Shown here: positions 59,787 through 64,000 of the stretch, piece by piece | Layout: every line of letters begins with the position of its first letter | Numbering within the stretch: the first letter of the stretch is position 1 | Assembly (NCBI GenBank): GCA_040879165.1 | Contig: JBBDKV010000013.1 | Coordinates: forward strand, 71,967-135,966 | Source of the DNA: Patescibacteria group bacterium | GTDB lineage: Bacteria; Patescibacteriota; Microgenomatia; UBA1400; PJMF01 | Direction of reading: 5' to 3' | DNA length: 64,000 nt | The notes under the pieces: generated by a model | The model's input: only the letters and a program-made list of their open reading frames with translations | Databases searched by the model: none | What the model was told of the DNA's origin: nothing | Program-made: the position numbers and the translations under genes

Positions 59787-60519
59787 CATGTTAATTCCTC
59801 CTGTTACCAGGGGCATGGACTATACCACCACCCTACATAATTACGTTTGTAGGGGACCGACGTGTTAGCCCTGAATCTATGTTCAGGACTCTGACCATTC
59901 GTTACATGGTCAAGTCTCTACGGGGTCAATATTCCCTTGTTTCTGAGGTGATTACGAACCACCCGAGCTAGTACTGTGCGTTTTTTGGAATAATTTAATC
60001 TTCCAAATTGATCAATCATTTGTGCGAGTTGCACAAAATCTTGAGGAGATTGAATATGTTCAGAAAAATCTAAAATTTGCAACATAAGTTTCGCCTGTTT
60101 TTGTTTCAATAACAAAAACGGAGAAACCGCCTGCAAAATATATCGAATTGATGGACGATCACCGATCGTAAACTCGATAATTCCATCATTTCGTTTCCTG
60201 ATATATCCAACACCTAAACGCTTACGAAGTTGTTCAAATAACACTGTCGCTGTTTCTTTTTGAAATAAAACAACTGAAGGAGCTATTTGAAAATCATATT
60301 TGTAGGTTACATTAGGCTTTAGGCGAACATAAATGCTGCCGTCAGCGTCTAAAAAACCAGCCAAATAAATTAACAACTCACGTTTTGTCATAGTACTAAC
60401 AGAAATACGACTTCCCTCGGGATTATCCTAACACATGACAGGTTAATAAATGTGATAGGACTTCCCCGATATGAGTCAGTTTTAGCTTCCCACATTACTG
60501 TGGGGCACCGCCATAGTTG
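59787..60519 (-). mobile_element. Group I intron at 23S site 2593
   Basis: Exons AGACCGT|CGTGAGACAG; 5' exon ends in U and intron ends in G. Confidence 0.92.
59918..60391 (-). CDS. Single-motif LAGLIDADG homing endonuclease (I-CreI-like)
   Basis: YLAGFLDADGSI; intact ORF inside the L2593 intron. Confidence 0.93.
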   Translation of the reverse strand: MTKRELLIYLAGFLDADGSIYVRLKPNVTYKYDFQIAPSVVLFQKETATVLFEQLRKRLGVGYIRKRNDGIIEFTIGDRPSIRYILQAVSPFLLLKQKQAKLMLQILDFSEHIQSPQDFVQLAQMIDQFGRLNYSKKRTVLARVVRNHLRNKGILTP

Positions 60520-60565
60520 ACGGTCTGAACCCAGCTCGCGTACCGCTTTAATTGGCGAACAGACA

Positions 60566-60599
<34 letters not shown>

Positions 60600-60601
60600 T
60601 G

Positions 60602-61491
60602 CACATAAATCCTGTATTTCTACAAGTGTAGACTATATCTTCACCCCTCATTTCAATGCGAGGGGGTCTGGCGTATTATAGAAGGTTAGATTTATCCACT
60701 TAAAAGTGGATAGGCCTTTCTATCTCGTTATAAAAACTCAGTCGTTACGGGGTCAAAGAAAGTTTGTACTGCATACAGCTGACAATATGTGGCGAAATTG
60801 TGGTCAAAAATCTATCTCTACTTCTCGCTGGTATATGCAAACGCGCATATTTTCCCGCAAAATGAATCGATGTTTCTATCCCATAATTTTGCAAAAGTAC
60901 ATATTGCAGTTGTTTATGCTCTAGTAGAGTAAATGAAGATGTGCAGAGATATGCGCCAGATTTATCTGTGCGCATATAGCCATCGTCCATATACCATACT
61001 GCTAAGGCTATGGGTGTTTTTAATAAAGATTGTATGTTGGAAGGAATAATTTTCTTTCCATCTACATAAAACAATGATCTGTAGTGGTCGAATAGAGAAA
61101 GACTGAGTGTGGCAAAACGCCAACGCTTCGTCATCTTCTGATCTCGTCCACTATGTAGCATTGCTTTAGGAGGTCTTCCGACAAAAGGCTTTAAAACGCT
61201 GGTACAGCCAGGTTACATATTCCTTTTGTCTATCTGTTTGTTCAATTTTTAATCGAACATTAAGACCATTCTTTTCTAAACAACCATCACCTAAAATTTT
61301 TTCAACAAGTATTTGTTCTTGTTGAAAGGACAAACTTTCTCGACTTCCCACGGTATTCCCATTTATATCCATATCTCCAAAGTATCATAAATACCCGAAG
61401 AAAAGAAGAAGATATATGAAGGGTTCACCGTTATAAGCCAGATGTTTTCTCAGGAATTACTTCCTGAGTGACCCAAACCCTTAATGGGTTA
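60602..61491 (-). mobile_element. Group I intron at 23S site 2511
   Basis: Exons GATGTCGGCT|CATCGCATCC; terminal G. Confidence 0.88.
60745..61372 (-). pseudogene. Frameshifted double-motif LAGLIDADG (LAGLIDADG_2) endonuclease
   Basis: ILGDG in 61166-61372 and LAVWYMDDG in 60745-61161; removing one T at CGTTTTAAAG (~61195) joins the frames. Confidence 0.8.
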
Positions 61492-62063
61492 AGCCGACAT
61501 CGAGGTAGCAAACCGCGCCGACGCTAGGGACGCTTAGGCGCGATAACTCTGTTATCCCCAAGGTAGCTTTTATCCGATAAGCCCGGTGTCTTCCACAAAA
61601 CACACGAGGATCACTATAACCTGCTTTCGCACCTGCTCGGCTTGTATGCCTCACAGTCAAGCACCCGTATGCTATTGCACGTCCAGCCTGATTTCCATCC
61701 AGGCTAAGGGTACCATTGCGCGCTTGCGTTACCTTTTAGCAAGCAACCTCCCCAGTTAAACTACCCACCAAACAGTGTCTCCTCTGAAGTTTGCATTCAG
61801 ATTGGGTGAGCTATTGTACACAAAACGAGTGGTATTTCACTGATGTCCCTCACATAATGTGAGGGACTCCCACCTATACTAAACAATTCCATATACAACA
61901 ACAGTGTCAAGTTGTAGTAAAGCTCTATGGGGTCTTTTTGTCCTGCCGTCAGTAGGCCGCATCTTCACAGCCATTTCAATTTCGCCGAGTAGTAGTTCAA
62001 GACAGTGTGAGACTGGTTAAACCTTTCGTGCGGGTCGCCAATTAAGCGACAAGGAACTTCGCT

Positions 62064-62880
62064 CATTAATACATTTTTACATGTATCTTGTTACTATCCC
62101 ATTAAATGGGACGATGTAGACATTTCTGCTACATTCTCTACGTCGCCGTAGAGGTCGGACTATCTCTTATCACCAGTGTGGTGATCCTAGCGTATAGTCT
62201 CTGAGGATTCTTGAAACACGTCTTGAAAACAATATTTTCTTGTTCTTCCTTTTCCCACATTTATTTTCTCACGCAGTACTAATAATTCTCTCAAACCATC
62301 TTGAGAAAGATGTTTTTTAAGAACCATTATTTTCACTGCTGATTTGAATAAATTAAAATTAGTTTTCTTTCGTTTAGAAAAGAAACTAAATTTTTGAAAA
62401 AATGGAACAATATTTCTTGATAAATCAATTGGACTGGTCACATCATACGAATAGAGACCATCTCTTCTTCTTTTCAGAATACCGCATTTGAATATTTGGA
62501 GTAGTAAAAGAAGCATTGTTTTTTCTTTTTGAGAAACATTAAAACTAAGTACGGGTTGCCACCCAACACTATAGTCTTTCTTTTTTCTCAAAGAGATATT
62601 AAAACTTCCTTCGCCATCAACAAATCCTGCGATATATCCCCCAAGTTGCTGAGAAATTGATATATCATTTGCTTCAACCGTGTAGTCAAGTCTTTCCTGC
62701 TGGTTTTCTGCTAATAGAACATTTTTAGTGCTACTCATAATGATGGCATTCTTACTATATAGTAAGAATCTTACATAAAGCGTAGCGACTAGCTCTACTT
62801 CTTCAGCCCTTGAATTCCTTTTTCTGGGCACAGATTTTCCAGCATATAGCTAGGTTTTACTATGGCAACGATTTTGTTTT
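62064..62880 (-). mobile_element. Group I intron at 23S site 1931
   Basis: Exons CTATGGT|AGCGAAG; IGS GCCATAG pairs with the 5' exon; terminal G. Confidence 0.9.
62187..62738 (-). CDS. Single-motif LAGLIDADG homing endonuclease
   Basis: YIAGFVDGEGSF; N-terminus ENQQERL overlaps the intron core. Confidence 0.92.
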   Translation of the reverse strand: MSSTKNVLLAENQQERLDYTVEANDISISQQLGGYIAGFVDGEGSFNISLRKKKDYSVGWQPVLSFNVSQKEKTMLLLLLQIFKCGILKRRRDGLYSYDVTSPIDLSRNIVPFFQKFSFFSKRKKTNFNLFKSAVKIMVLKKHLSQDGLRELLVLREKINVGKGRTRKYCFQDVFQESSETIR

Positions 62881-62894
62881 ACCATAGAACAGTT

Positions 62895-63160
62895 CACTTT
62901 TGTTACTATTCCGCTAAAGCGGAACGCTCTGCACATTTCTGACAGAGTCTGCATGTCTCCATGCAGGTCGGACTATATCATCTTTTCTTTGAATAAAAGA
63001 AAAGGTTAGCGTATAGTCTCTGAGGATTTCCCGCTAAGCGGGATCTTTCCTGCTGATTGTCTCTATTCAATTGATTTTCACTGCAATTTTACAATTACGA
63101 GTACAATTGACCTCACGAGATGTTCCAGCATTTGGCTAACTTTTATAACTACAATGTTTC
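62895..63160 (-). mobile_element. ORF-less group I intron at 23S site 1917 (266 nt)
   Basis: Exons GTAACTAT|AACTGTT; P1 TAACTAT/GTAGTTA; core AATCAGCAGG and CTCAGAGACTATACG; terminal G. Confidence 0.9.
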
Positions 63161-64000
63161 ATAGTTACTGCTGCCGTTCACCGGGGCTTCGATTGTAAGC
63201 TTATCTCGCCGAAGCGAGAAAAACCCACGCACTTAACCTTCCGGCACTGGGCAGGCTTCAGCCCGTATACGGCCTCTTACGAGTTTGCACGGACCTGTGT
63301 TTTTGGTAAACAGTCCATCTCACAACTTTAGCTGCGTCCCTACACCATCCCTCACCAAAATGGTGAGGGGGGTGAGGGAAGGGCATCTCTCGAAATTACG
63401 CCCAGCTGTTTTGCCGAATTCCTTAAACTACTTTCTCTCGCTCTCCTTAGTCTACTCGACCAGACCACCTGTGTCGGTTATCGGTACGATTTGATATGAG
63501 TTTCCTTGCGAAGCTTTTCCAGGATGCTGAAATCACGCACATCTCTCTTGCCCGAAGGCTCAAAAGACCCATCACACTTCAAATAAACGCTTGTCCGGAT
63601 TTGCCTAGACAAACTGTTTTAGTGCTTAGAGACAACATTCACTGCTGCCCATACGCTATCCTGCACCGTCCCTCCCCAAGTCAAACAACTCATACCAAGG
63701 ACTGGAATATTAACCAGTAATCCATCGGCTACCCCGCCACTATAGCGGGCTCACCTTAGGGTCGCCTAACCCGCACACGACGAACGTGGGTGCGGAAACC
63801 TTGGTCATTCGGAGTTGAGGATTCTCACCTCAATTTCGTTACTCATGCCGGCATTCTCACTTCTGATCGCTCCAGCGGCTCCTCACGGGCCACCTTCAAT
63901 GCACACAGAACGCTCCCTTACCACTCCCTTGTCAAAAGACAAAGAAATCCTAAGCTTCGGTTGAATGTTTAAGCCTCGTTGAATTTTCGGCGCATATACC

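Noticed and set aside
62739-62831. N-terminal extension of the L1931 endonuclease
   Set aside because: Falls in intron structural RNA; the ATG at 62738 is more plausible

Overview
This window is mostly housekeeping DNA from a Candidate Phyla Radiation (Patescibacteria) bacterium, most likely Microgenomates/OP11-type. That placement is inferred from the N-terminally truncated IF2, the stand-alone 5'-3' exonuclease, the PilN/PilO plus Fn3 surface genes and the intron-laden, divergent 23S rRNA. It holds infB-nusA, the hrcA-grpE-dnaK...dnaJ and groES-groEL chaperone loci with CIRCE operators, ftsH, trpS, gltX, a Xer recombinase, a lone purF facing an ATP-grasp ligase, and a decayed toxin-antitoxin pair next to two CAT tRNAs. 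Further along are a tsaC-tsaE fusion plus tsaD, nrdR-nrdJ, a PBP-GH18-PBP cluster, cmk, smpB, lepA, rpsT, murJ, pilus genes, 5S rRNA and the 3' part of a 23S rRNA carrying four group I introns (sites equivalent to E. coli 1917, 1931, 2511 and 2593; two intact LAGLIDADG ORFs, one frameshifted, one intron without ORF). The most notable pattern is an unusual translation-initiation set-up: many leaderless-looking genes, a 69-nt initiator tRNA lacking the three G-C anticodon pairs, and a truncated IF2. Also notable are the PurF (two Fe-S Cys replaced by Asp) / ATP-grasp pair, a 14-nt rRNA micro-exon, a simplified L1-stalk helix and several unexplained structured or repeated intergenic elements. All calls come from reading the sequence; no searches were run.
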